55,446 bases of DNA from a virus (lineage: Duplodnaviria > Caudoviricetes), in the IMG/VR virus record IMGVR_UViG_3300030430_001863, positions 1-55,446 of that record; one strand, written 5' to 3'. The notes below the pieces were generated by a model. That model had not been told where the DNA came from. It was given only the letters and a program-made list of their open reading frames with translations, and did not search any database. A program made the translations under genes and the position numbers. This document shows positions 15,599 to 25,854 of the stretch, in pieces. Numbering within the stretch: the stretch's first letter is position 1; each line of letters opens with the position of its first letter.

Positions 15599-17048
15599 AA
15601 CAATACCAGAGGAAGTAGCTCGTGAGATACTTGCTCTGCAACAACAGAATGTAAAGCTGCACATACGAGAACAAGCTCGTGAAGAGTTCATGCCGTTTGT
15701 GCATCATGTGTATGACGGCTTCATTGAGGGTCGTCACCACCGCATAATCGCTGAAAAACTAGAAGAAGTGGCGCAAGGCAAGCTGAAAAGGCTGATTGTG
15801 AACATGCCACCGCGTCATTCTAAGTCAGAATTTGCGTCATATTTGATGCCAGCGTGGTTTTTGGGGCGAAATCCGAAGCTAAAAATTATTCAGGCCACCC
15901 ATAACACCGAATTAGCGGTCAGATTTGGCAGAAAAGTGCGAGATTTGATTGATACGCCCGATTATTGCACTGTTTTTCCTGATACAAAGCTAAAATCAGA
16001 CGATAAAGCCGCTGGAAGGTGGGGAACATCCGTTGGTGGAGAGTATTTTGCCGCTGGTGTGGGTGCTGCAATGACTGGACGCGGTGCAGATTTGCTGATT
16101 ATTGACGATCCGCACTCGGAACAGGACGCTTTGTCGTCTACAGCCTTTGATAATGCGTTTGAGTGGTACACATCAGGTCCTCGACAGCGTTTACAGCCTG
16201 GTGGAGCGATAATTATCGTTATGACACGCTGGGGCATGAAGGATTTGACGGGTCAGGTCATAAAAATGCAGGGCACAGACACAATGGCGGACGAGTGGGA
16301 GGTCATAGAGTTTCCTGCCATACTACCTTCTGACAAGCCCCTGTGGCCTGAGTTCTGGAACAAAGACGATCTGGTGAAGGTCAAGGCATCTTTGCCTTTA
16401 GCAAAATGGAATGCGCAGTGGCAGCAAAACCCTACGGCTACAGAGGGCGCAATCGTCAAGAAAGAGTGGTGGATGATGTGGGAGAAGGAAGAAATCCCGC
16501 CTGTGAAGTACATCATTCAATCATATGACACGGCGTTCAGCAAAAAAGAAACTGCCGACTACTCTGCTATTACGACATGGGGCGTTTTCACAAACGAAGA
16601 GACAGGAACCGACAACGTCATCCTGATGGATGCGCACAGAGGCCGCTGGAACTTCCCAGAACTCAAGGTTGTGGCGGCAGAAGAGTACGAATATTGGGAA
16701 CCAGACATGGTGATTATCGAGGCAAAGGCCACGGGTCAGCCTTTGACGGACGAGTTGCGTGCAGCAGGTATACCTGTGATGAACTATACACCAAGCAAAG
16801 GTCGTGATAAGATAACGCGTATGCACACAGTTGCTCCTTTGTTTGAAGCAGGGATGGTGTGGGCACCTGAACAGAAGTTTTCTGAGGAGGTTATTGAAGA
16901 ATGTCTTGCATTTCCACATGGAGAGCATGACGATTTTGTTGATAGCATGACGATGGCTTTGATACGGTTTAGGCAGGGCGGCTTTCTTGAACTAGAGGGC
17001 GAGAACGACAACACCGACTGGTATCCTAGGAAGAAGGAGTATTACTGA
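15588..17048 (+). CDS. terL: Terminase large subunit
   Basis: MPPRHSKS, GRGADLLIIDDP, MTRW, SYDTA, FPHGEHDDFVDS. Confidence 0.95.
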   Translation: MSLETIPEEVAREILALQQQNVKLHIREQAREEFMPFVHHVYDGFIEGRHHRIIAEKLEEVAQGKLKRLIVNMPPRHSKSEFASYLMPAWFLGRNPKLKIIQATHNTELAVRFGRKVRDLIDTPDYCTVFPDTKLKSDDKAAGRWGTSVGGEYFAAGVGAAMTGRGADLLIIDDPHSEQDALSSTAFDNAFEWYTSGPRQRLQPGGAIIIVMTRWGMKDLTGQVIKMQGTDTMADEWEVIEFPAILPSDKPLWPEFWNKDDLVKVKASLPLAKWNAQWQQNPTATEGAIVKKEWWMMWEKEEIPPVKYIIQSYDTAFSKKETADYSAITTWGVFTNEETGTDNVILMDAHRGRWNFPELKVVAAEEYEYWEPDMVIIEAKATGQPLTDELRAAGIPVMNYTPSKGRDKITRMHTVAPLFEAGMVWAPEQKFSEEVIEECLAFPHGEHDDFVDSMTMALIRFRQGGFLELEGENDNTDWYPRKKEYY

Positions 17049-17347
17049 TGAATGAGAAAGATAAAAAAGCAGCACAGGAAGGTCTTTCGGCTGCTGCTAA
17101 AAAGTTTATGAAGCAACAAGAAGAAAGAGCAAAAACGGCTAAAGAAAGAGCTGAAGAACTTGCGTTTGAACAATTTAAAGCAGCGGCTGCAGCAGCACGA
17201 GGTGCTAGAGTACCGACTGGAGGACCGATTGAACGTCCTAAATCCAAAGACACTAGAATGCCTGCGTCTGGTAAAAAGAAAAAGACTACGGGTGAGTTTC
17301 GTAACGGCGGTGTAGTTGATTTAGGTGATTTTAAAGGGAGCTTCTGA
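17048..17347 (+). CDS. Basic hypothetical protein with FRNGGVV motif
   Basis: TGATG coupling to terL. Confidence 0.7.
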   Translation: MNEKDKKAAQEGLSAAAKKFMKQQEERAKTAKERAEELAFEQFKAAAAAARGARVPTGGPIERPKSKDTRMPASGKKKKTTGEFRNGGVVDLGDFKGSF

Positions 17348-17496
17348 TGTCCAGCGATCCTTTCAAATATGACCTTGGTGCGCACATCCTGAATGAGTAC
17401 ACCAAAGGTATTTATATGAAACCAAAGCCTGAAGTTAAGATTAGAACAATAAAGTCTACCAAAAAGACAGGCAAGGGTAGCAAGGAGACTAAGTAA
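17347..17496 (+). CDS. 49-aa basic hypothetical protein
   Basis: Manual translation MSSDPFKYDLG...; coupled at both ends. Confidence 0.6.
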   Translation: MSSDPFKYDLGAHILNEYTKGIYMKPKPEVKIRTIKSTKKTGKGSKETK

Positions 17497-19979
17497 TGGC
17501 GATACCTCCACAGCCTATGGGCAGCTTGACGGACTCTGGTATTGAAGCTCCAGAGGGAATGAGCGTAGAAGTTCCGCAACCACAGGACTTTGCTGGTGGC
17601 GCGGAGGTTATGCAACAGCCTGATGGCAGTGCCATGATACAGGCTCTTATGGGCGGACTTGAAGACGGAGATGGCATGGCTGTCGAGGCCGAACCGTACA
17701 ACCATGATGCCAACTTGGCAGAAGTCATAGATGACGGTGTTCTTGGTGAGATTTCCAGCGATTTGCGTGCCGCTTATGAAGATGACAAGGAATCAAGAGA
17801 AGAGTGGAAAGAGGCATACACAAAAGGTTTAGATCTTCTTGGTATCAAGTATCAGGAGCGCACACAGCCGTTTGAGGGTGCATCTGGTGTAACCCATCCG
17901 CTTATTGCTGAGTCTGTCACACAGTTTCAAGCGCAGTCTTACAAGGAACTGTTGCCTGCTGGCGGTCCTGTAAAAACACAGGTTATAGGTTCAAAGACGG
18001 CTGAAAAAGAAGCGCAGGCAAGCCGCGTTAAAAACTTCATGAACTATCAGATTACTGAGGTCATGGAGGAGTTTGACCCTGACACAGACCAGATGTTGTT
18101 CTATCTGCCCTTGTCTGGTTCTACATTCAAGAAAGTATACTTTGACCAGTCCAAGAACCGTGCTGTATCCGCCTTTGTACCAGCCGAAGACTTGGTTGTG
18201 CCATACTCTGCTACTGATTTAGCCACTTCGCCCCGTGTTACGCATGTACTGCGAATGGATGACAATCAGGTTCGCAAACTACAGGTTGCAGGTGTTTATA
18301 GAGATGTAGAGATATCCGCAGACGATGAAATGGATGATATCGTTAAGGATAAGGTAGACGAAATAGAGGGCGTAAGCCGTGGATACAAGGATGACACGCA
18401 CACCATTCTTGAGTTTCACGTTGACCTAGACCTTGAGGGTTTTGAGGACGCAGGTCCAGACGGCGTGCCAACAGGCATCAAACTGCCTTACATTGTAACG
18501 CTAGACCACGGTTCTGGTGAGATTCTGTCAATCATCAGGAACTACGACCAAGGCGACCCAGCCAAAATCAAGCGTCAGTATTTTGTGCACTACAAGTTCC
18601 TACCTGGTCTAGGTTTTTATGGCTTTGGCCTGATACATATGATTGGCGGACTAGGCCGTGCAGCGACTAGCATTCTTCGTCAGTTGATAGATGCAGGCAC
18701 ACTTGCCAATCTACCGTCTGGTTTCAAGGCACGCGGTATCAGGATTCGCAACGATGACGAGCCGTTAGCCCCTGGAGAGTTTCGTGACATTGATGCACCA
18801 GGTGGCGACATCCGTAACTCTATCATCCCTCTGCCATTCAAGGAACCTTCAGGCACATTAGCGTCCTTGCTGGGTAGTTTGATTGAAGGCGGACGCAGGT
18901 TTGTTTCTATTGCAGACCAGCAAATAGGTGAAGGTGGACAACGCGGCGACATGCCTGTGGGCACAACTGTTGCTCTGCTTGAGCGTGGCATGAAGGTTAT
19001 GTCTGCCATACACAAACGTCTTCACTATGCACAAAGAAACGAGTTTCGGTTACTTGCAAGAATACTGTCCATAAACCTGCCGCCTGTATATCCGTATGAG
19101 GTAGCTGGTGCACCATCTGAGATAAAGGCACAGGACTTTGATGGGCGTGTAGACGTTCTGCCAGTATCCGACCCGAACATCTTTTCGATGTCACAGCGTG
19201 TTACACTAGCGCAGACACAACTACAGTTGGCACAGTCTAATCCGCAGATTCACAACCTGCATGCCGCGTATAAGAGAATGTATCAGGCATTGGAAGTGCA
19301 GAACATTGATGAGATACTGCCTCCAAAACCAGAGCCAAAACCAACAAGCCCAAGCATAGAGAACGCCAAGGCTTTGCAGGGCGAAACTGTGAATGCTTTC
19401 CAAGAGCAAGACCATGACGCTCATATTCAGGCGCATATCCTGTTTATGAAACTGCCGATTGTCTCTGCAAGCCCGAATATTTATGCTATATTCATAGCTC
19501 ATCTACAAGATCATGTGTCTATGAAAGCACGTTTGACTGTGATGCAGGAAGTACAGCAACAACAGGCTCAAGCACAGCAAGCCATGTTGGCGGCACAGAT
19601 GGGAGCGGTTGACCCAATGGTGGCACAGCAAGCAATGCAAGAGTCTCAGATGATGGATGAAGCAACTATTGAGTCCAGAGTAGCGCAATACGAAGCGCAG
19701 TTTACTCAGGAAATAATTCAACTGCTTGCTCCTGCACAAGGACAGCAAGACCCGCTTGTAGCTATTAGAGAACAAGAACTTGCTATCAAGGCTGCAGAAT
19801 CCCAGCGCAGAGCGCAACAGGATGCTGCTGAGTTGGACTTAGAACGTCAGAAACTCCAACAAAGAGCCATGACTGACGCAGCGCGTATCGAACTCCAAGA
19901 GGAGATCGCAGAAGACAGGGCGGATGTAAACAGAGAGCGCATTCAAACCCAGCGAGAAATGGCGATGAGGCGTGGCTAG
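17496..19979 (+). CDS. Portal protein
   Basis: 827 aa after terL; HPLIAESVTQFQA, LPGLGFYGFGLIH, coiled-coil C-terminal barrel. Confidence 0.9.
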   Translation: MAIPPQPMGSLTDSGIEAPEGMSVEVPQPQDFAGGAEVMQQPDGSAMIQALMGGLEDGDGMAVEAEPYNHDANLAEVIDDGVLGEISSDLRAAYEDDKESREEWKEAYTKGLDLLGIKYQERTQPFEGASGVTHPLIAESVTQFQAQSYKELLPAGGPVKTQVIGSKTAEKEAQASRVKNFMNYQITEVMEEFDPDTDQMLFYLPLSGSTFKKVYFDQSKNRAVSAFVPAEDLVVPYSATDLATSPRVTHVLRMDDNQVRKLQVAGVYRDVEISADDEMDDIVKDKVDEIEGVSRGYKDDTHTILEFHVDLDLEGFEDAGPDGVPTGIKLPYIVTLDHGSGEILSIIRNYDQGDPAKIKRQYFVHYKFLPGLGFYGFGLIHMIGGLGRAATSILRQLIDAGTLANLPSGFKARGIRIRNDDEPLAPGEFRDIDAPGGDIRNSIIPLPFKEPSGTLASLLGSLIEGGRRFVSIADQQIGEGGQRGDMPVGTTVALLERGMKVMSAIHKRLHYAQRNEFRLLARILSINLPPVYPYEVAGAPSEIKAQDFDGRVDVLPVSDPNIFSMSQRVTLAQTQLQLAQSNPQIHNLHAAYKRMYQALEVQNIDEILPPKPEPKPTSPSIENAKALQGETVNAFQEQDHDAHIQAHILFMKLPIVSASPNIYAIFIAHLQDHVSMKARLTVMQEVQQQQAQAQQAMLAAQMGAVDPMVAQQAMQESQMMDEATIESRVAQYEAQFTQEIIQLLAPAQGQQDPLVAIREQELAIKAAESQRRAQQDAAELDLERQKLQQRAMTDAARIELQEEIAEDRADVNRERIQTQREMAMRRG

Positions 19980-19991
19980 GGAGATTTTAAA

Positions 19992-20438
19992 ATTCTGGCG
20001 GAACTCGCGGCTGCAAATGCGGCCTTTACAATTATTAAGAAGGCTGTCCAGAATACTGGAGACATAGCCAAAGCAGGAAAAGCTATATCAGATTTTGTTA
20101 TAGCAAAGGAGGAACTGCAACGGAAAGGTAATAAGAAAAAGAAGTCTGGAGTTCGTTCATCTGATTTAGAGGAGTTTATGGCTCTGGAAAGCATTCGGCA
20201 AAAAGAGCAACAGTTAAAACAGATAATGATTTATACAGGCAGGCCTGGACTTTGGCATGACTGGCAGAAGTTTCAAGCAGACGCTAGGAAAGAACGTAGG
20301 GTAAGAGAAGAACTGGCTAGACGCAGAAGAGCAGAACTTGCAGAAGCAATAGGATTAGGTGCAGCGGGTCTATTAGTCGCTTCAATGGTGGCAGGCTTGG
20401 TTGCTTGGGTGGCTTGGTTAAAAGGGATGTTTGACTAA
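19992..20438 (+). CDS. Conserved membrane-anchored protein, probable non-canonical ATT start
   Basis: Frame open from 19980; (I/M)LAELAAANAAF...; GGGAG 8 nt upstream of ATT; C-terminal TM. Confidence 0.6.
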   Translation: MLAELAAANAAFTIIKKAVQNTGDIAKAGKAISDFVIAKEELQRKGNKKKKSGVRSSDLEEFMALESIRQKEQQLKQIMIYTGRPGLWHDWQKFQADARKERRVREELARRRRAELAEAIGLGAAGLLVASMVAGLVAWVAWLKGMFD

Positions 20439-20644
20439 TGAGTGCAGAAGACGTAGCAAGAAAGCTGTTAGAACTTAAAATACTGCCAAGGTTCATGATG
20501 CTTTGTATGACAGGCGTGTATATCAGATGCATTGAGTGGGCACTTTCACAGCCAGATTTGACAACTCAGCAGGCTTCACTAATTTCAGTTGTCACGGGTG
20601 CCATGACAGGCAGTCTGGCAGTTTGGTTAAACTCCGAGAAATGA
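20438..20644 (+). CDS. Small two-TM membrane protein (holin-like)
   Basis: ILPRFMML...VTGAMTG. Confidence 0.65.
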   Translation: MSAEDVARKLLELKILPRFMMLCMTGVYIRCIEWALSQPDLTTQQASLISVVTGAMTGSLAVWLNSEK

Positions 20645-20859
20645 AAGAGTTTGTGCTGGTCATCTCTATGTGGGGGTATACGGGCATTGAGTGGGTGTAC
20701 ACTGGCAACCAGATAGTTTTGCAACAATCTTTTACGCAAGAACAATGTTACAGTTTGTTACAAAAAGATATGTGGAAGGCGAACTATAATAATGAGTATT
20801 TTAGGATGAACATTCAATGCTTTCCTAAAGATTGTGCTGGGAAAGAAGTGTGTGATTAA
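20641..20859 (+). CDS. Hypothetical protein
   Basis: MKEFVLVISMWG; ATGA coupling. Confidence 0.6.
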   Translation: MKEFVLVISMWGYTGIEWVYTGNQIVLQQSFTQEQCYSLLQKDMWKANYNNEYFRMNIQCFPKDCAGKEVCD

Positions 20860-21257
20860 TGCCAGCAAGGTTGAACGAGAACACAGAGGTAGCACTCCCC
20901 TTACGCAACATCGTGTCTATGGTTGCAGCGGCATCATTAGCTACTTGGGCGTATTTTGGAATTATAGAGCGACTTAATCAGATTGAAACTAACATCACAA
21001 TGATGGAATCTGATGTTGAGCATAACACAGAGTTTCGTATAAAATGGCCTCGTGGCGAAATGGGCAGTCTACCAGCCGACTCAGAACAGTTCATGTTGAT
21101 TGAACATTTAGCCTTAGAGTTTGAAAAACTACAGAGCCAAATCGAAGATGGCAAAGCACCTTATGATCAACAACAGAAACTTACCTTAGAGTTCTACGAG
21201 AAACGTATTACGACCATAGAGGAAAACATAGAGAAGTTGCGCAACGGCAATGGTTGA
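20859..21257 (+). CDS. Membrane-anchored coiled-coil protein
   Basis: N-terminal TM; KWPRGEMGSLPAD. Confidence 0.7.
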   Translation: MPARLNENTEVALPLRNIVSMVAAASLATWAYFGIIERLNQIETNITMMESDVEHNTEFRIKWPRGEMGSLPADSEQFMLIEHLALEFEKLQSQIEDGKAPYDQQQKLTLEFYEKRITTIEENIEKLRNGNG

Positions 21258-21456
21258 AGTTACATTTGTATTATTGTTAATGATGGGTGGTGAGAAAACT
21301 GAATACACGCCATATAAGTCTTTGTCAGAGTGCTTGGCTGTGAGACGTAAAATAAAACGCAACGTAGGCCACACCAATAACTTTGACCAGAAGTGGTCTT
21401 GTAAACAGTTTAAAGTAATGGTGTTAAACGGTGAAATTTTGGAGTTTATTGAATGA
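21250..21456 (+). CDS. Hypothetical protein
   Basis: SLSECL..RRKI.R motif. Confidence 0.65.
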   Translation: MVEVTFVLLLMMGGEKTEYTPYKSLSECLAVRRKIKRNVGHTNNFDQKWSCKQFKVMVLNGEILEFIE

Positions 21457-21836
21457 TACAAGCTCTTATCGGACCTGTAGCTAACTTAGCTGGAACATGG
21501 CTACAAGGCAAAGCGGAAGAAAAGAAAGCTATAACAGGCGCAAAGGTAGCTAAAGCTAAGGCTGAAGCTACGATAATGGAAAAAAAGGCTACAGGGGAGA
21601 TCGACTGGGATCTTAAAATGGCTGACGCTTCAGCCTCATCTTGGAAAGACGAGTGGCTTACAATTTTGTTTTCGGTGCCACTTGTGTTAGCCTTTTGTGG
21701 TGAGTGGGGCAGAGAAATCGTTTCGGCTGGTTTCACAGCGTTGGATACTATGCCAGAATACTATAGGTATACATTAGGAATTATTGTGTCGGCTTCGTTT
21801 GGAACCCGTGCAGCAACTAAGTTCTTTAAAAAATAG
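21453..21836 (+). CDS. Putative holin
   Basis: SSWKDEW, TM segments, ASFG. Confidence 0.65.
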   Translation: MIQALIGPVANLAGTWLQGKAEEKKAITGAKVAKAKAEATIMEKKATGEIDWDLKMADASASSWKDEWLTILFSVPLVLAFCGEWGREIVSAGFTALDTMPEYYRYTLGIIVSASFGTRAATKFFKK

Positions 21837-21845
21837 GAGTGCGTT

Positions 21846-22184
21846 ATGGCGTTGACAGAAAAACAAATGAAGATTGCTCGTGCGGCTGAACCCAGAGACA
21901 AGATTACTGGAGAAGATTTCAAGGCACTGCGCAAGGCATCTGGCGGCATCGTTAAATTTGATGCAGGTGGAGAGGTTGAAAGCAAGGAGCCAAGAATTAT
22001 CGAGTTAGAAGAACTGGCAGAGTTTGGCGATGAAGACGCAGCCGAGATTGCAAAGGCTGATCTGTTTAAAGAAAGACCAGAAAACGTTAAAAAATTTCGC
22101 GCTGGCGGTGGTGTAGAAGCCTCCGACATGAGCCGAGGCTGTGGTGCAGTTGTGAAAGGCAAGAGTTTCAAGGGGACATTTTAA
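21846..22184 (+). CDS. Small late protein with repeated xxGG motifs
   Basis: ITGEDFKALR, FDAGGEV, FRAGGGV, RGCGAV. Confidence 0.75.
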   Translation: MALTEKQMKIARAAEPRDKITGEDFKALRKASGGIVKFDAGGEVESKEPRIIELEELAEFGDEDAAEIAKADLFKERPENVKKFRAGGGVEASDMSRGCGAVVKGKSFKGTF

Positions 22185-22227
22185 ATGTTATTACTAACTA
22201 TTTGGCACCCTTGGAGGACATTTTATA

Positions 22228-22440
22228 ATGGACGTTGCAGATTTTGCAAAGTATGTATATAACTTATTAGGTAAGCGAGAGGAACAAATCGCGGACATGC
22301 TTACATCTGGTGGTGTTCAAAACTTTGAACAATACCAGCGGCTAGTAGGTGAGGTACAGGGCCTTGTCTATGCTAAAGAAGAACTTAAATCCCTGCTGGA
22401 GAAGAACATAGACGATGCCGAAGACTTTATACGTTCCTGA
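22228..22440 (+). CDS. Conserved hypothetical head-region protein
   Basis: GGV.NFEQYQRLVGEVQGL; GGAGG RBS. Confidence 0.75.
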   Translation: MDVADFAKYVYNLLGKREEQIADMLTSGGVQNFEQYQRLVGEVQGLVYAKEELKSLLEKNIDDAEDFIRS

Positions 22441-22876
22441 CCACATCGCGCAGGCAAAAGACAGACCCTCTGCTAAAGAGGCTTATGTTGAACAAACAGA
22501 TAGGGTTTTAGACCCGAACCTGATAGATAAATCCTTAACAGAGCGACTACCGCAGCCAACAGGTTGGCGAGTTCTTGTTATGCCTTACGCTGGTAAGGCT
22601 AAAACAGACGGTGGTATTTACATTCCAGATCAAGCGCGTGAACGTGAGGCGTTAGCCACCGTTGTTGCGTATGTCTTAAAATTAGGACCTTTGGCTTATC
22701 AAGACCCGAGCAAGTTTGGTGAAAATCCAGTGCCTTGGTGTGAAGAAGGCAAATGGGTGTGTATCGGCAGATACGCTGGTTCTAGATTTAAGATTGATGG
22801 TGGTGAAGTGCGTATAATCAACGATGATGAGGTTATCGCGACAATACTTGAACCAGATGATGTAAAGCATGTCTAA
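22415..22876 (+). CDS. groES: GroES-like co-chaperonin
   Basis: PTGWRVLV..KTDGGIYI..GP.AY..YAG...RIINDDEVIA. Confidence 0.85.
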   Translation: MPKTLYVPDHIAQAKDRPSAKEAYVEQTDRVLDPNLIDKSLTERLPQPTGWRVLVMPYAGKAKTDGGIYIPDQAREREALATVVAYVLKLGPLAYQDPSKFGENPVPWCEEGKWVCIGRYAGSRFKIDGGEVRIINDDEVIATILEPDDVKHV

Positions 22877-23777
22877 GGAGAATGAGATGGCGGAAGCTGA
22901 AACACAAGTCGTTGAAGAAGAGAATGTTGAAGTTACTCTTGATGACGAGCCTAAGAAAGTTGTTTCGGAAACTGATGTTTCGGATGATGTTGAGGTTAGC
23001 GATACTACAGCTTCATCTGATGATGAGCTGGATAACTATAGCAAGGGTGTTCAAAAACGTATTAAAAAGCTAACCGAAAAGTACAGGTTTGCAGAGCGAG
23101 ACAAAGACGAGGCAACTCGTCTTGCTGAAAAGCTCAAAGAAGAGAACGAACAACTACAGTCTCGTCTTAAAAATCTTGATAGTGGGTTTATTACTGAGTA
23201 TGGCACACGAATTGAAAGTCAACTGTCACAGGCTAAAGCGGCTTATAAAGACGCTCATGACCGTGGCGATGTTGAAAAAATGTTTGATGCGCAACAGGCG
23301 TTATCAAAGATTGCCATAGAACAAGAGAGGCACAGACTTGCAAAACAACGACAAGAAGAAGACGCAACAGTCACAGCCCCCGCCCCTGATAATCAGGTTC
23401 AACCCAGTGCTGCACCGCAGACGCCAGCTCCAGATCCGAAGGCGCAAAAGTGGGCGGAAAAAAATGAATGGTTTGGTGATGACGAGATTATGACCCAAGC
23501 CGCATATGTCATAGATAGGCAGTTAATAACTGAAGGGTTTGACGGGACAGAAGATGAGTACTATACTCAATTAGACTCTCGTCTTAGGGAACGGTTCCCG
23601 AAAGAGTTGGGATCGAAAGAAAACGAGGGAGGTCAAAGGGTCGCCGCTGCTTCTACCTCCGCATCTCGCAGTACAAAACAGGGGCGCAGGACCGTCAAGT
23701 TGTCACCTTCACAGGTAGCTATAGCTAAAAAACTTGGTGTTCCACTTGAAGAATACGCTAAGTATGTAAAGGACTAA
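22869..23777 (+). CDS. Capsid scaffolding protein
   Basis: Acidic coiled coil, WAEKNEWFG, AKKLGVPLEEYAK; upstream of capsid genes. Confidence 0.75.
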   Translation: MSKENEMAEAETQVVEEENVEVTLDDEPKKVVSETDVSDDVEVSDTTASSDDELDNYSKGVQKRIKKLTEKYRFAERDKDEATRLAEKLKEENEQLQSRLKNLDSGFITEYGTRIESQLSQAKAAYKDAHDRGDVEKMFDAQQALSKIAIEQERHRLAKQRQEEDATVTAPAPDNQVQPSAAPQTPAPDPKAQKWAEKNEWFGDDEIMTQAAYVIDRQLITEGFDGTEDEYYTQLDSRLRERFPKELGSKENEGGQRVAAASTSASRSTKQGRRTVKLSPSQVAIAKKLGVPLEEYAKYVKD

Positions 23778-23780
23778 GCT

Positions 23781-24245
23781 ATGAGTGAGACAAGAAAACC
23801 ACGGTCTAATGAAACCCGCGAAAAAACATCGCGCAGAAAGCCTTGGGCACCGCCAAGTCGGTTAGAGGCACCAGATGCTCCAGATGGATACAGGCATCGT
23901 TGGATTAGAACATCTCTCAGAGGTGAAGACGATAACATTAACGTCCATGCGAAAATTCGCGAAGGATGGGAACCCGTCAGAGCCGATGAGTATTCTGAAT
24001 CTGATTATGCTGTAATTGATGAAGGAACACATACTGGTGTTATTGGACACGGTGGGTTAATGCTGGCAAGAATCCCTGAAGAGACAGCGCAGGAAAGAAC
24101 CGAATATTACCGAGGACGGACTCGCGAACAAATGACTGCTGTGGATCAGGACTTAATGAAGGAGCAGCATCCTTCGATGCCTATTACTAACGATAGGCAA
24201 AGTCGTGTAACTTTCGGAGGTCGTAAAAACGACTCTGATTCATAG
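23781..24245 (+). CDS. Conserved head-region protein
   Basis: WAPPS.L.AP.APDGY.HRWIR, EGWEPV. Confidence 0.75.
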   Translation: MSETRKPRSNETREKTSRRKPWAPPSRLEAPDAPDGYRHRWIRTSLRGEDDNINVHAKIREGWEPVRADEYSESDYAVIDEGTHTGVIGHGGLMLARIPEETAQERTEYYRGRTREQMTAVDQDLMKEQHPSMPITNDRQSRVTFGGRKNDSDS

Positions 24246-24263
24246 TGAGAAGGAGTTATTCTC

Positions 24264-24908
24264 ATGGCAAATGCAAATGGAGCCTTTGGTCTAAGACCAT
24301 ATGGCATGCTAGGGTCATCCCCAGCCTCCATTGGTACAACTGAGTATCGCATTGCATCTGACAACTCCAACCCAATCTTCCAAGGCATGCCTGTAATACC
24401 GCTTGCCGCTGGAGTGATTGATGACCTACAAGCCGCCGCTGGTGGCACGGTTTCAATCGTGGGTGTGTTCAACGGATGCGAATATGTCAGTTCTACCACT
24501 GGAGAAACAATTTTCTCTAACTTCTGGCCTGGTTCTGGTGCGGATTCTAATTTCCCCGTCAGGGCTTTTCTGTATGATGATCCTGCAATGTTGTTTACTA
24601 TTGCAACATCTAACGTACAAAGTTCTAATGATACTGAAGCAGAACTTCGTACAGCGGTGTTCGCAAACATTCAGCTTGCAACAGGTAACAGCGGTTCTAC
24701 CACAACAGGTATTTCTTCTGCGACTGCGGATCTGAACACTGTCGCTACCACCAATACACATGCTCTGCGTATTATGGGTATTCTCGATGACCCAGAAAAC
24801 TCAGACTTTAGTGCTGCTGGTATCCCATTAATCGTTCGTATAAACAACCACTTCAATGCTCCTAACGGTAGCATTGCACAGGGCACTGTTTCTACGACTG
24901 GCGTATAA
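24264..24908 (+). CDS. Capsid decoration/cement-like protein
   Basis: MAN...FGLRP, GVFNGCEY; directly before the MCP. Confidence 0.65.
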   Translation: MANANGAFGLRPYGMLGSSPASIGTTEYRIASDNSNPIFQGMPVIPLAAGVIDDLQAAAGGTVSIVGVFNGCEYVSSTTGETIFSNFWPGSGADSNFPVRAFLYDDPAMLFTIATSNVQSSNDTEAELRTAVFANIQLATGNSGSTTTGISSATADLNTVATTNTHALRIMGILDDPENSDFSAAGIPLIVRINNHFNAPNGSIAQGTVSTTGV

Positions 24909-24920
24909 GGAGGCTCAGTT

Positions 24921-25832
24921 ATGGCTATTTCTCGCGCACAACTGGCGAAAGAGCTGGAGCCTGGCCTAAATGCTCTGTTTGGAATGGAGTATGACAGGTA
25001 TGAAAACCAGCACGCCGAAATTTTCACCACCGAGTCTTCAGATCGTGCATTTGAAGAGGAGGTAATGCTATCAGGCTTTGGAGCCGCTCCGACTAAAGCG
25101 GAAGGTTCTGCCGTCAGTTTTGATGATGCCAACGAAGCATTTACCGCTCGGTACAACCATGAAACCATTGCATTGGCTTTCAGCATTACTGAAGAGGCTG
25201 TTGAGGACAATCTTTATGATCGTCTGTCAAGTCGCTACACTCGTGCTCTTGCCCGTTCAATGGCGCACTCAAAGCAGGTTAAAGCTGCATCAATTCTAAA
25301 CAACGCTTTCACGGCTGGTGCTTTTGCTGGTGGTGACGGGGTTGCTTTGTGTGATGCATCTCACCCTCTGACAAACGGCGGCACATTCGCCAACGAACCA
25401 TCAACCGCTGCTGATTTGAACGAAACTTCTCTGGAAGACGCTCTTATCAACATCGCTGGTTTCGTTGACGAGCGTGGTTTAAAAGTAGCTCTTCGTGGAA
25501 CAAAACTTATTATTCCTCGTCAGTTACAGTTTGTAGCAGAGCGTCTGATGGTTTCTAATCTTCGTGTTGGCACCGCTGACAATGATGTGAATGCAATTCG
25601 TTCTATGGGAATGTTGCCTGATGGCTATGCTGTCAACGACTTCCTGACAGATACGGACGCTTTCTTCATCTTGACAGATACTCCTCGTGGTTTCCTCCAC
25701 TTTGAGCGTGTGCCATTGTCAACACAGATGGAAGCAGACTTTGATACTGGAAACATGCGGTTTAAGGCTCGTGAGCGTTACAGCTTCGGATTCTCAGACC
25801 CACGTTGTGTGTTTGGTTCACCAGGCGCATAA
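24921..25832 (+). CDS. Major capsid protein
   Basis: MAISRAQLAKELEPGLNALFG...DFDTGNMRFKARERYSFG. Confidence 0.92.
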   Translation: MAISRAQLAKELEPGLNALFGMEYDRYENQHAEIFTTESSDRAFEEEVMLSGFGAAPTKAEGSAVSFDDANEAFTARYNHETIALAFSITEEAVEDNLYDRLSSRYTRALARSMAHSKQVKAASILNNAFTAGAFAGGDGVALCDASHPLTNGGTFANEPSTAADLNETSLEDALINIAGFVDERGLKVALRGTKLIIPRQLQFVAERLMVSNLRVGTADNDVNAIRSMGMLPDGYAVNDFLTDTDAFFILTDTPRGFLHFERVPLSTQMEADFDTGNMRFKARERYSFGFSDPRCVFGSPGA

Positions 25833-25854
25833 GATATTTCCCTCCCAAGGAACT

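Noticed and set aside
17496-20438. Genome-wide TAG recoding
   Set aside because: Coding density is high in code 11 and TAG ends other genes at sensible boundaries (e.g. 26723, 44486, 50400)
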